Assembly (NCBI GenBank): GCA_951406725.2
Contig: OX597839.1
Span: forward strand, 40,114,001 to 40,178,000
Direction of reading: 5' to 3'
DNA from: Octopus vulgaris
Lineage: Eukaryota
DNA length: 64,000 bases
The notes below the pieces were generated by a model. That model was not told the DNA's origin, did not search any database, and was given only the letters and a program-made list of their open reading frames with translations. This document shows, piece after piece, positions 33,421-46,904 of the stretch (its first letter is position 1; the number at the start of each line of letters is the position of its first letter). A program made the translations under genes and the position numbers.

Positions 33421-33589
33421 TATAGATGCGGGAAACAATGAATGAGAGCGAAAGCAAAGTAAAATCAAAGATGAAAAAAAAAATAAGAAAATAGAAATAA
33501 AAAGAATTAAGATAGAGATAAGTTGCCAGTATTATTTTTCGCAAGTGTCGGACCGGTGTGAGAGGTCGGGGGTTAAGGTTTTGGTAACG

Positions 33590-33821
33590 AAGGCGGCGAG
33601 CTGGCTGAAACGTTAGCACGCCGGGCGAAATGCTTAGCGGTATTTCGTATGCATTACGTTGTGAATTCAAATTCCGCCGAGGTCGACTTTGCCTTTCATA
33701 CTTTCGGGGTCGATAAATTAAGTACCAGTTACGCATTGGGGTCGATGTAATCGACTTAATACCTATGTCTGTCCTTGTTTGTCCCCTCTGTGTTTAGCCC
33801 CTTGTGGGTAATAAAGAAATA
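33590..33821 (+). mobile_element. Full-length SINE family B with 18-bp TSD
   Basis: Direct repeat gttaaggttttggtaacg at 33572-33589 and 33822-33839. Head aaggcggcgagctggctgaaacg, tail taataaagaaata. Confidence 0.92.
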
Positions 33822-34118
33822 GTTAAGGTTTTGGTAACGTGGTGGTTGAAGGTGTTTATGTCTATTAAATCTAGGTTATGTGTCGGCATTGGTCAGTAGG
33901 GATAGCTAAAAATTGATGCCTAGCTCACGAGGATATATATAGGATAAACCTGTAAATAAATGGATAAAGGATATAAATTAGAGAATTAAAATTTAAAGTT
34001 AGAAGTTAAAAGTTAAATTAAAAAATTAAAAATTAGAAAAGTAAGAGAATTAAAGCTAACTAGCTTCTAAGGTACTTATGTAGATAGAGAAGAAAAAGAA
34101 AGAAAACACGTATATATA

Positions 34119-34282
34119 AGCGCAGGAGTGGCTGTGTGGTAAGTAGCTTGCTTACCAACCACATGGTTCCGGGGTTCGGTTCCACTGCGTGGTAACTTGG
34201 GTTAGTGTTTTCTACTATAGCCTCGGGCCGACCAAAGATTTTGAGTGGATTTGGTAGCCGGAAAGTGAAAAAAGCCCGTTGA
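34119..34282 (+). mobile_element. SINE family A, 5' half
   Basis: gcgcaggagtggctgtgtgg...aaagcccgt, ending at the internal (TA)n. Confidence 0.85.
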
Positions 34283-34296
34283 ATATATATATATGT

Positions 34297-34600
<304 letters not shown>

Positions 34601-34939
34601 CACATATACGTATTCACGCATACCCAGGCACATATATAGTGTGTGCTAGTCCAGACATAAGCTTCTTATAATATATATATATATTTAATACTTTAATATA
34701 GGTTGACACATTCTCACGCTGATTCAATCCAATAACACGAACACACGTTCGCACGCGCGCATACATGAACACACATACACACAGAGAAAAAGACACAGAC
34801 ACACACACACACACATACACAGACATTGCATTGTAGTGTGTATGCAGGTAAGAATCTCAATGTGTTAATCATATAAAATAATTGCAGACTAAAGCAAGAT
34901 CTCAGAAATTTACAATTTTCGTGTTTTCTCCATATAAAC

Positions 34940-35057
<118 letters not shown>

Positions 35058-35205
35058 AGTAGGTAAATGGTACAACAAGGCACCAATATATATATATATA
35101 ATATGTATGTATGCATATATATGTGTGTGTGTGTTTGTATGTGTGTGTGTATATCTATATATGTACATATATGCATACCTTTATATATGTGTGTATATAT
35201 ATAGA

Positions 35206-35242
<37 letters not shown>

Positions 35243-35399
35243 GGATATATATATATGGGGAGAGAGAGAGAGAGAGAGAGAGATGTATATATGTAAGTAC
35301 ATGTGTGTCTATATACATACATAATATTCATACATGTATGTGTATGTGTCATCCGATAGATGTATATTTGTATATATGTATATCTGTTTATGCGTGTGT

Positions 35400-35447
<48 letters not shown>

Positions 35448-35998
35448 CCTTGTGCGTATGTATTATATTCTTTGACGTCCAGAGTCCATTAATAAATGGA
35501 AATATTCGATATTTGGCAGCGACGAATTCCATGTGAATTAATGGATAAAAACTCGAAAAACAGACGAGAAAATACAGAAACGACAGCGAATGAGTGAGCG
35601 AATCACGATACCGGAAGCGATGAAATACAAAATGAAACAAAGATATATAGTCTCCATTTTGGTTTTACAAAATCGAAATAAAAACGAAACAAAATCACTT
35701 TAACATTACTACAACAACAACAATAATTGAACAAAAGATACAAAAGTTGTAGTGTCGAGTTTCACAGAATATTTTGTCCATACTGGCAGCTGGTGTCAAA
35801 TACACAGACTCAGACGTTTTATGCGACAAAATATTTTCGGCAGCCATCTTAGCAGTATGGAAATTATAGGAGAGACGCCGATTGTAAGTTTGTGATTAAA
35901 TATGGTATTGGCTAACCAGACCGACTGACCTATATAAAAAAAAATATTTATCACCTCAAAACCTACACATATATACTTACATACTAACATACATATAC

Positions 35999-36030
<32 letters not shown>

Positions 36031-36040
36031 ATATGTATAT

Positions 36041-36082
<42 letters not shown>

Positions 36083-36186
36083 CACATATATGTATATATA
36101 TGTTTATATTCATATATATATATGTATATATATATGTCGAAAGACACCTGTTGTTATGTCCTGTTATTATTATTATTATTATTATT

Positions 36187-36836
36187 ACTTTTTTTTTCTT
36201 CTTTCAAATTTGCTTCCATTTCTTGCCGAGTGTCTTCCCGACTCCTAGGGCAAAGAAACTCATAGTATACATTGGTAGGCCATTAAACCAAACTCAATAG
36301 TTCGTTCATTTAAAAAAAAATTTTTTTTTAAGTTAAATTAAAATACATGAGCAGCAACAGTTCTCACATCGACAATGCTCTTCTCAATACGTGTGATGTA
36401 CCAGTTAAGACAATCTTTTGCACTTCTTGCAGGGATGGTAAGCCAGGGATCATTCTCATATAATTTTCGGTTCCCTTCTTGATCATTCCTAGTGCTCCTA
36501 CGATCACTGGTATTGTAACCGCCTTGAGATGCCACATTTTCTCAATTTCAATGAGTAGGTCTTTATATTTTCTGAGCTTGTCAAACTCTTTCGCTGAGAT
36601 ATTATGATCACAGGGGATGCTCATGTCGATCAATAAGCAAACTTTATTGTTTTGGTCTTTCACAACAATATCTGGTTTATTGGCCTTGATGGTTCGGTCT
36701 GTATGTACTGGAAAGTCCCACAGAATGGTTACATTTTCTCCTTCAGTTACAGCCTCAGGGTGGTGATTATACCAATTGTCGGCAGTTTTGATATTGTAAT
36801 GCCGATTTATTAGCCAGTGTAGATATTGGCCAACTC

Positions 36837-36840
<4 letters not shown>
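36187..36840 (-). mobile_element. 5'-truncated R4/Dong-clade non-LTR retrotransposon (restriction-like endonuclease domain plus 3' UTR)
   Basis: Open frame 36840-36364: NRVGQYLHWLINRHYNIKTADNWYNHHPEAVTEGENVTILWDFPVHTDRTIKANKPDIVVKDQNNKVCLLIDMSIPCDHNISAKEFDKLRKYKDLLIEIEKMWHLKAVTIPVIVGALG...RRALSM*, carrying PD..D and KxxKY RLE motifs. Both flanks are (TAA)n on the element strand. Confidence 0.92.
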
Positions 36841-36912
<72 letters not shown>

Positions 36913-37071
36913 GTTGTTATTATTATTATTATTATTCCACCTCGGCGGAATTTGAACGTAGCCACGGGCGAAATACAGCTAAGTATTTCACCCGGCATGC
37001 TAACGGTGCTGCCAGCTTGACTCCCTCTCAAAAGCAACATCAGCATTAACAGCAACAACAATAATAATTAT

Positions 37072-38200
37072 TTCAAATTTTTGCCACAATGAAAGCTTGG
37101 TGGAGGTGGGGATGAGTTGATTACATCGACCCCAGTGCGTATCTGGTACTTAATTTATCGATCCCGGAAGGATGAAAGGCAAAGTCGACCTCGGCAGAAT
37201 TTGAACTCAGAACATAACGGCATACGAAATACCTATTTCTTTACTACCCACAAGAGGCTAAACACAGATAGGATAAACAAGGACAGATAAACGGATTAAG
37301 TCGATTACATCGACCCCAGTGCGTATCTGGTACTTAATTTATCGATCCCGGAAGGATGAAATGCAAAGTCGACCTCGGCAGAATTTGAACTCAGAACGTA
37401 ACGGCATACGAAATACCTATTTCTTTACTACCCACAAGGGGCTAAACACAGAGAGGATAAACAAGGACAGATAAACGGATTAAGTCGATTACATCGACCC
37501 CAGTGCGTAACTGGTACTTAATTTATCGATCCCGGAAGGATGAAAGGCAAAGTCGACCTCGTCAGAATTTGAACTCAGAACGTAACGGCATACGAAATAC
37601 CTATTTCTTTACTACCCACAAGGGGCTAAACACAGAGAGGATAAACAAGGACAGATAAACGGATTAAGTCGATTACATCGACCCCAGTGCGTAACTGGTA
37701 CTTAATTTATCGATCCCGGAAGGATGAAAGGCAAAGTCGACCTCGGCAGAATTTGAACTCAGAACGTAACGGCATACGAAATACCTATTTCTTTACTACC
37801 CACAAGGGGCTAAACACAGAGAGGATAAACAAGGACAGATAAACGGATTAAGTCGATTACATCGACCCCAGAGCGTAACTGGTACTTAATTTATCGATCC
37901 CGGAAGGATGAAAGGCAAAGTCGACCTCGGCAGAATTTGAACTCAGAACGTAACGGCATACGAAATACCTATTTCTTTACTACCCACAAGGTGCTAAACA
38001 CAGAGAGGATAAACAAGGACAGATAAACGGATTAAGTCGATTACATCGACCCCAGTGCGTAACTGGTACTTAATTTATCGATCCCGGAAGGATGAAAGGC
38101 AAAGTCGACCTCGGCAGAATTTGAACTCAGAACGTAAAGGCCGGGCGAAATACAGATAAGCACTTTTCTCCACGTGCAAAATTATTCTGCCAGTTCGCTG
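37072..38200 (-). repeat. Tandem array of 184-bp SINE-B bodies (5 full units plus a partial) behind a single SINE head
   Basis: ttacatcgacccc recurs at 37121, 37305, 37489, 37673, 37857 and 38041. A diverged head lies at about 38140-38200. Confidence 0.92.
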
Positions 38201-38421
38201 TCCTCACAGCAACAACAACAACAACAACAACAAGAACATCATTCGGCAATGAACACAGTCGGAAGAAATGCTTCAGATTTGCGGGCGAATGCCTAATTCC
38301 ATGTGACATTGGAACCAAACAAGAAAAGTTTTAATGGCGGCGATTATATGACGAAAACGACGTAGGCATATGTCACAGCCACACACTTTGTCTTCCATAT
38401 TTTCAAACCCCACCTCTTACA

Positions 38422-39370
38422 TTCTCCTCTCTCCCTCTCTGTCTGTCTGTCTCTCCCTCGCTCCCTCTCTGTCTGTCTGTCTCTTCCCCTCCCTCTCTCT
38501 CTCTGTCTCTTCCTCTCCCTCTCTCTCTGTCTGTCTGTCTCTTCCTCCCCCTTTCTCTCTGTCTGTCTCTTCCTCTCCCTCTCTCTCTGTCTGTCTGTCT
38601 CTTCCTCCCCTCTCTCTCTGTCTGTCTCTTCCTCTCCCTCTCTCTCTCTGTCTGTCTGTCTCTTCCTCCCCCTTTCTCTCTGTCTGTCTCTCCCTCTTAC
38701 CCTCTCTGTCTGTCTGTCTTTTCCTCCCCCCTCTCTCTCTGTCTCTTCCTCTCCCTCCCTCTCTCTCTCTCTCTGTCTGTCTCTTCCTCCCCTCTCTCTC
38801 TCTGTCTCTTCCTCTCCCTCTCCCTCTCTCTCTCTCTCTCTGTCTGTCTCTTCCACCCCCTTTCTCTCTGCCGCTCTCTATATTTATCGCCAAATAAACT
38901 CTTTTCTATCAATTCTTCTATATATTTCAAACAATTCCTATCTTCCATCTCTACCTTTCTTTTGTCTCCCATCAACACCCCTCTCTCTATTTTCACGTTC
39001 TCTTCCTTCCACCCACTTTATTACCGCTTTCTATTTCTCTCATATGTCAGCTCTCTCTCTCTCTCTCTCTCTCTGACTCTCTCTGTCTCTGCCTGTCTGT
39101 CTCTCTCTCTCTTTTCCACGTTCTCTCTTTCTTTCTCTCGTTTTCAGGTTTTGTCCATCTTTTACTATTTCATGTCTCTTTCTCTCTTCTTGTCTGTCAC
39201 ACATTTTTCTCTCTCATTCTGTCTCCCAATCTCTCTTCCTTTCTCTCCATGTCGATCTTTCACCTTTACTCCGCCTCCTTCCCTCTATATTCCTCTCTCC
39301 TCACCCCTCCCCTTTTTTCTCTCTCTCTGCCAACACATTTCTTTCCCACTTCTCTCTCCCTCTCATATTT
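38422..39370. repeat. Polypyrimidine (CT/CTGT) tract with a roughly 30-bp higher-order unit
   Basis: Repeats such as ctctctctgtctgtctgtctcttcctc(t)ccc. Confidence 0.9.
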
Positions 39371-39826
39371 TGTCGCCAACAAAATAATAATAATAAAATA
39401 TCTTTTAAAAATCCAAACTGAGACCTCCAGCACGTTAAAACAACTTGCAGCGTCTTACTTTTATTGGTCATACGACGTACGTAGGATGTCAAAATAAAAT
39501 ACGATAAAATTCGAATAAAAAATAAAATAAATACACTAAAGGACTATGGCAAAGACAAGCAAAATAAAAATTAAAATAAAAAAAGTCACCAAAAAACCTG
39601 CAAATAGACGCATCAACGTCAAAGCCACAAAAAATAAAAGCATTAAAGAATAAAAAAAAATCAACAGAAAAATTACAAAAATAAAAAGAAACTATTAAGA
39701 AAAAATCCGAAGAAAATATGTCAAAAAATACTGATATATACTACATATGTATTATATTATATCATCACACACACATACACACACTCACACACACACATAT
39801 ACACAAAGATATATATATACATATAT

Positions 39827-39870
<44 letters not shown>

Positions 39871-39963
39871 GTACGTGTATATATATATATAGATATATAT
39901 ATGCATATGTACACATATATACATATACTTACGCATATGCTTGTATATATAAATATATCTATA

Positions 39964-40006
<43 letters not shown>

Positions 40007-40009
40007 ATA

Positions 40010-40061
<52 letters not shown>

Positions 40062-40593
40062 ATTTGTACACTCACATACATTCACATTCATACATACGTA
40101 CATACATATATTTACATATAATATATATATATATATGTATGTATATATATATATATATATATACATATATATTTGTATATATAATGTATACGTTTGTATG
40201 TATGTGTACGTATATATTTTATGTATGTTTATATGCAAAAGGATAAAAGTACCAAAAACTAAAACACAAGCAAAGAAAGAAAGAAAAAAAAAGAAAAGAA
40301 AAGATAAGAAACAAAAAACAATGGTAAAATAAATATTGATGTGAAGATTTCGGAATGTGATTGGAATAAAGATTTGCTGAGTGAACATTGGTAAGGTGGC
40401 TGGTGGGGGGGGGGGTGTGGGTGGGGTGGAGTGGAAGAATGTCGTGGTGAGGAGCAGTGTGAGGAAATGAGGCGTGGTATGAGGAATAATACGGAACTGA
40501 TAATAGATAAGATACACATTGGAATATCTGGCTGAGAACAAGAATTAATTACACGCACAAACACACACAGATATATATATATATATATATATG

Positions 40594-40709
<116 letters not shown>

Positions 40710-41154
40710 CATTTATATATATATGCACAAATACACACACTCACGCACATGCATATATATATATATATGTACATTTATATATATATATATATATTTATAC
40801 ATATATATACATAGACACAAATACACAAATGTGTGTGTGTGTGTGTGTGTGTGTACACATAGATGCCAATACCTTATGGCTTCCCTTTGGTTGTGTCTCA
40901 TGAAATAAAGGAATGGCTAGAAAAAATTGCTAACTATATTGGTTTGTTTTCTAATGATCTCTATACTCCAGACTACCAAATGTAAGGTGTATAAATTCGG
41001 CTGACATAACCATTGAGTAAAAAGTCCACACATACATACATAAATACATACATACATGCACACATACATATATCTATTCATATATGGACGGACAGACACA
41101 TACACACGCGCACATATACATATACATACACACATATATATATAAAGATGTGTG

Positions 41155-41196
<42 letters not shown>

Positions 41197-41468
41197 CACG
41201 TATATATACATAAACATTTAGACATATATAGGTATGTGTGCATATATAAATATAAATATAAATAAATAAATATATATATATATATATATATGTATGTATA
41301 TATATGTGTATGTGTGTGTATATGTTTGTATGTCTGTGCTTGTCCCCCCAACATCACTTGACAACCGATCCTGGGGTCGAATTGATCGACTAAAGACGGT
41401 GTTCCAGCATGGCCACAGTCAAATGAGTGAAACAAGTAAAAGAGTAAAAGAGTATGTATATATATATA

Positions 41469-41512
<44 letters not shown>

Positions 41513-42037
41513 AACACACATATACATACATATAAAGTGGTGTGTGTGTGTATGTATATGTATGTATGTGTATATACGTTAAATCTAGCGTCGAAATTCA
41601 ATAATGACCGGAAGGTAACTTGATAACATTGTACTGGTACCGAAGTGCTATAATCAAATCTAGTCTTTGGCAGACGAAAACAGCATGGCACTGAATAATT
41701 CCACTCAGCAGAAACAAGAGATTAACTTGTTTATTACATCGCAGTTCTGGATAATATTCTAAATGCTAACACCATTCATTGCTGAATATTTCTTATTAAA
41801 ACATGACGAGCAATCATATTTTGCAATTTTTTACCTATTATAGATTTTTATGTACCAACATATTTTTACAGAAAGGAGAGAAAAAATAAGCGTAACCGTG
41901 TGGTAAGAAGCGGGTTCCCAACCACATTGTTCTGGTTTCAGTCCCAGTGCGTGTCACCTTGGGAAAGTATCATCTACTATATCCTCTGGTCGACCAAATC
42001 CTTGTGAGTGTTAGACGGAAACTGAAAGAAGCCCGTC

Positions 42038-42116
<79 letters not shown>

Positions 42117-42209
42117 CATATATATATATTTAGATATATATACATACACATGCATACATGCATACATACATATATATTTATCAAAAGAAAAACAAGATGC
42201 AAAGGGTTT

Positions 42210-42298
42210 TGCGGTACATATGTTTCTGGCTTTATTGAACAATTTAAATCAATGAATAATTGATATAACATGTAGGTCAACAGCCTTCTTCAGCCGCA
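42210..42298 (-). ncRNA. Putative type-I hammerhead ribozyme (GUA triplet, long stem II)
   Basis: UGCGG-CUGAAGA-A-GGCU-GUUGA...UCAAU-AA-AGCC-A-GAA-AC-AUAU-GU-A-CCGCA: 5-bp stem I and palindromic ACAUAUGU stem III. Lies in a TA-flanked insert at about 42180-42460. Confidence 0.65.
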
Positions 42299-42459
42299 TA
42301 CAATTACCACACCAAAGACATATATTACATTATAGCAGGTTTGAGAGGAAGTTTGGGAAAAAAACCGAGTTTCATTGGGAAGGCAAATCGTCATAGTCGT
42401 ATATGGCATAGCGAGACACCCAAAAAACAAAACGTCCATGCCGTTTTTCACTCGATAAA

Positions 42460-42504
<45 letters not shown>

Positions 42505-42508
<4 letters not shown>

Positions 42509-42870
42509 AAGAAAACAAAAAACGTAACAGGCGAACAGAATATTCAGACAGTTAGAGGATACAAAAAAAGGACAGGAAGAAAAACAAGGACGGGTTATTC
42601 AGCGCTTTCAGTCTTCAGTTGAGTACCAGATCGTCTTAGCAGTTTCGGACGGTTACTCTCAAGACTGCTCTAATGTTGCCGGCCCCAAGAATATGTAAGC
42701 TAAGAGCACTAAATTCTTTGGGAGAGAGCAAGCGAATGTATATCAAAACAAGGGCGAAAAACACACGGAGAAATGGTACAAAATTACAAATCCAAGTAAC
42801 AGGACATTAACAACAGGTGTTTTTGACTAAGGACGAATGAAAATTACGCTAGTGTGTGTGGAAATGAACG
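42505..42870. mobile_element. Unclassified TA-embedded interspersed repeat
   Basis: Homologous to 43845-44025 (tcttcagt...tttcgg...gcccca...aagct) and to a short inverted piece at about 36136-36170. Confidence 0.55.
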
Positions 42871-42975
42871 CACGCATATATATTATGTGTAAACATATAT
42901 ACACATACGATATATATGTTTGTGTGTGTCTATATGTATGTACACGCCTATATAGATACATATATATATATATAC

Positions 42976-43038
<63 letters not shown>

Positions 43039-43076
43039 TGTATATATATATATATGTATATATACCTATATATATA

Positions 43077-43281
43077 TGTGACATCGTGAGTACCGCTGGC
43101 GATTTCTTTTTCCTCTGTCTTCCCCTCTCGGGATCTTTCCTTCTCCTATGTTTCCGACGAAGAGCTCCGCTCGAAACGTTAAACCCTCCTCCTTCCCTTC
43201 TTTCCTGAGCGTCCAATAATACTTTAACTGTTCCACGTCCTCGCGTTGTTGTGTTTTCTGTGTTTTCTTGTTTGGATTAAC

Positions 43282-43282
<1 letters not shown>
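43077..43282 (+). mobile_element. About 205-bp hammerhead-like-motif repeat, copy 2
   Basis: Motif at 43150-43184: GUUU-CCGACGA-A-GAGC-UCC-GCUC-GAA-ACGU-U-AAAC. Flanked by (TA)n and (CA)n. Confidence 0.75.
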
Positions 43283-43372
<90 letters not shown>

Positions 43373-43536
43373 GGGTGTGTGTGATTGTGTATAGTAGAAT
43401 ATATTAATAAAAAGAATTCCAACCTTGTCTGATTTTCACGTTTTATTTACAATCTTATAATGATATATTATAAGATAATATATTATAATTGAATAAAATA
43501 AAATGAAATAGTAGAATGTTAAATATTCATTCTGAT

Positions 43537-43581
43537 TGAACTAGTACTTTCATGCATTGAATTCTGCAATCTTCGGGTTCA
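43537..43581 (-). ncRNA. Putative minimal type-I hammerhead ribozyme (U4C core)
   Basis: UGAAC-CCGAAGA-UUGCA-GAAUUCAA-UGCAU-GAAA-GUAC-UA-GUUCA: 5-bp stem I and a palindromic GUAC loop III. Confidence 0.55.
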
Positions 43582-43618
43582 TGAAGTAGTGGTGACAGTC
43601 ATGCTTCACAATTTTTGA

Positions 43619-43671
<53 letters not shown>

Positions 43672-44454
43672 TATACTTACATACACACACACACACACAT
43701 ATATATATATACATACACATACAAACACACACGCACATATACACATTTGTACGCTGAAGAAAATACGCATATATATGATGTGCAAACGTATGTACACACA
43801 CGATATATATATATATATAGGAATAAAAATTTATATATAAAGAACGTGAAATACACAAAAGGATGAACACGGAAAACAGACAAGTCATTCGAAGCCTTCA
43901 ATCTTCAGTCAGAAACCGAATCATCATGGCAACTTTCGGCTGTTTAATTCTGATATTTGCTCCAACTCGGCCAGCCCCAAGGAAAAAACTAAGCTGTGGG
44001 CATTAGATTTCTTGGTAGAAGGAAAATACATATACGCGTATAAATACATACATACACGCATGCATATAGACGCACACAAACACACACACGCACTTACGCA
44101 TCATTGAAGACCCACGTATAGACTGTAGAGAGATGAAGAGACGAAGGTTAAATTATATGTATTTAGTCGGTCTACAGACCTCGGCTCGTTAGTTTGGAAA
44201 ATATCGATAGAGTAAACACGAATGTGTAAATATTGCTGTGTAGTGTTTAAATATACTTTTCCTGTGTTGCATGGGTAGACACAGACATGCAGACAATCAG
44301 CCAGATTGATAGACAGGCTGTGTGCGTATGCGTGTGTTTATTTATATATGTGTGCGTGTGTGTGTGTACCTGTGTATGCATGTGTGTGTGCATTGACTTG
44401 TAGTGTGTATTTGGTTAAGTATGCACATGTGCATATGTTCGTGTGTATGTATGT

Positions 44455-44509
<55 letters not shown>

Positions 44510-44730
44510 GTGTGTGTGTGCGAAGGTAATTATATGCATATATATATATATATACATAAATATATATATATGTGTATATTTATATATATATATATATAGA
44601 AATATATATTTACATGTATATATATATATATGTGTGTGTAGATATATATATGTGTGTGTGTACATATATATATGTTTATATATGTGCATATATATATATA
44701 TATATATATGTATATATTTACATATATATT

Positions 44731-44781
<51 letters not shown>

Positions 44782-44853
44782 ACGTATATGTATCTTTATA
44801 TATGTATGCTTAGATTTTCAGCTATACATGCGTATAGATAGATAGCTATATAA

Positions 44854-44913
<60 letters not shown>

Positions 44914-45256
44914 TTAAATAGATAAATAGATGGACATATATGGATAATTAGACCGAGATTTGCAGATGGACAATTTAATAGATACATAAATAGACTGATA
45001 AATTATTTGATCGTTAAACAGCTGGTCATAAATTTCGGTCGATTGATCAATGGATTGTGAGACAGGTTGATGAAATTTTAAGATGTAGACGATTCTTGAG
45101 CCAAACGCACTGCCACGCTTTTGCTCTTTGAAACAGAAAGCAGCACATGAGAACAAACGCATTCACACGCAGACACACATACACTCATACACACACATGA
45201 ATATAATTCATGCAAAGACGCAAACACAATTATACACTTGCTTACACATTCATATA

Positions 45257-45596
45257 TGCGTGGCATCTTGGGCAAGTATCTTCTGCTATAGCCCCCGGGC
45301 CGACCAATGCCTTGTGAGTGGATTTGGTAGACGGAAACTGAAAGAAGCCTGTCGTATATATGTATATATATATGTGTATGTTTGTGTGTTTGTGTGTGTG
45401 TGTGTTTGTCCCCCTAGCATTGCTTGACAACCGATGCTGGTGTGTTTACGTCCCCATCACTTGGCGGTTCGGCAAAAGAGACCGATAGAATAAGTACTTA
45501 CAAAGAATGAGTCCCGGGGTCGATTTGCTCGACTAAAGGTGGTGCTCCAGCATGGCCGCAGTCAACTGACTGAAACAAGTAAAAGAGTAAAAGAGT
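45257..45596 (+). mobile_element. SINE family A lacking most of the head
   Basis: Starts at tgcgtggcatcttgggcaagt and runs to the aagtaaaagagtaaaagag tail. Confidence 0.88.
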
Positions 45597-46110
45597 ATAT
45601 ATATTGAATAAATTTAAAATCTGATATCTTTTTAACATCTCACGTGGTGAAGGTTCATGAGAGAGGGCTTTCCCAAAGGTAGTTGTTGCTAAAGCAGAGT
45701 AGAAGCCAAGGGAACACGCTAACATTCAATTGAAAGAAGGTGTCAGCGGTCTGTGGTTACTTGGTTGTCGTGGCGGGCGCCCCCAGGTGAGAAGCGGGTT
45801 GGTCCACTACTAATATATTGTGGTCAGACTCAGTTGGTAATGTGAGTGAGCGAGGTACACCGTACAGACCCAGTCACGCACATACCTACACATATAGAGA
45901 CGAACACATCAAAGTCACCAGCCCTCTTCCACACACAAATACATGCTCTCTTATACACACACACGCTAACCTTCATTTGGGATCACCACTACTTTATTAT
46001 CTCCCCTTCTTCCTAGCTCTCCTGTGTGACCCTTCTCTCTAGCATTCGCCATGATAGATCGCTAGCCACTACACATTCTTTATTTTCTCTCCTTATTTCT
46101 TTCTGCGTTC

Positions 46111-46146
46111 CTTTCTGAGGAAGAGCGTAGGCTTGAAACGTTAAAA
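46111..46146 (+). ncRNA. Putative minimal hammerhead ribozyme in a pLTR-like pyrimidine-rich segment (about 45880-46235)
   Basis: cUUU-CUGAGGA-A-GAGC-GUAG-GCUU-GAA-ACGU-U-AAA. A downstream piece of the same family occurs at about 19967-20045. Confidence 0.55.
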
Positions 46147-46233
46147 ACATTTTCACTGCCCGGTCGTTATACTAATATATCTAGCTGTTATCTACATCAC
46201 CTGTCTTCGTCTTTTGTTTTTTTCTGACTTCTC

Positions 46234-46319
<86 letters not shown>

Positions 46320-46809
46320 GTATGTATATACCGTTTACTAATCCAACAGAGGTAGAATCAACATATAAAGTACGTCATCTAGTGTGAGATAGATATCAAT
46401 TTTGTATACAACCGGAAGTGCTACTAATAGTTTCATGCTTTCATAATAGTTTAACAGACATATTTATAAAAGACATGTACTAAAGAATTCTTTCAGGTTC
46501 TGTTTATTCGTTATGTATATCATACACTGCTTTATTCGAGATATGAAATTTTTAGCAGGTGTAGACACATGGATAGGTTTCTTTGTCGAATCAGATGCCG
46601 CTACCAGCACCACCCGCCCGGTGTTATTTTGTTCTACACCAGTTGAATTAAAATATTTGCAACTACGGAAGACGAGGAGCTTTGTTTTCTTGATTTTGTT
46701 TCTTTTTTCTTCATTCATTTTTTTGCACCATCCTCCATGTTGATTTCACATTTTATTCTTACTTTCTTACTGTCTAGCTTCCATGCTTTTTGATTTATAT
46801 ACATACATA

Positions 46810-46904
<95 letters not shown>

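Noticed and set aside
37121-38135. CRISPR-like array
   Set aside because: These are 184-bp near-identical units with no unique spacers, derived from a SINE in eukaryotic DNA.
40395-40432. G-quadruplex-capable G run
   Set aside because: Isolated low-complexity tract with no functional context.
42585-42680. Hammerhead in the 42.5/43.9-kb repeat family (CUGAAGA on minus)
   Set aside because: It is followed by GAAU rather than GAAA, and I found no convincing stem I/III.
44100-44215. ttgaaga...ctgtaga/tctacag...gaaaatatcg as a hammerhead
   Set aside because: Only partial pairing; the core and cleavage site are not intact.
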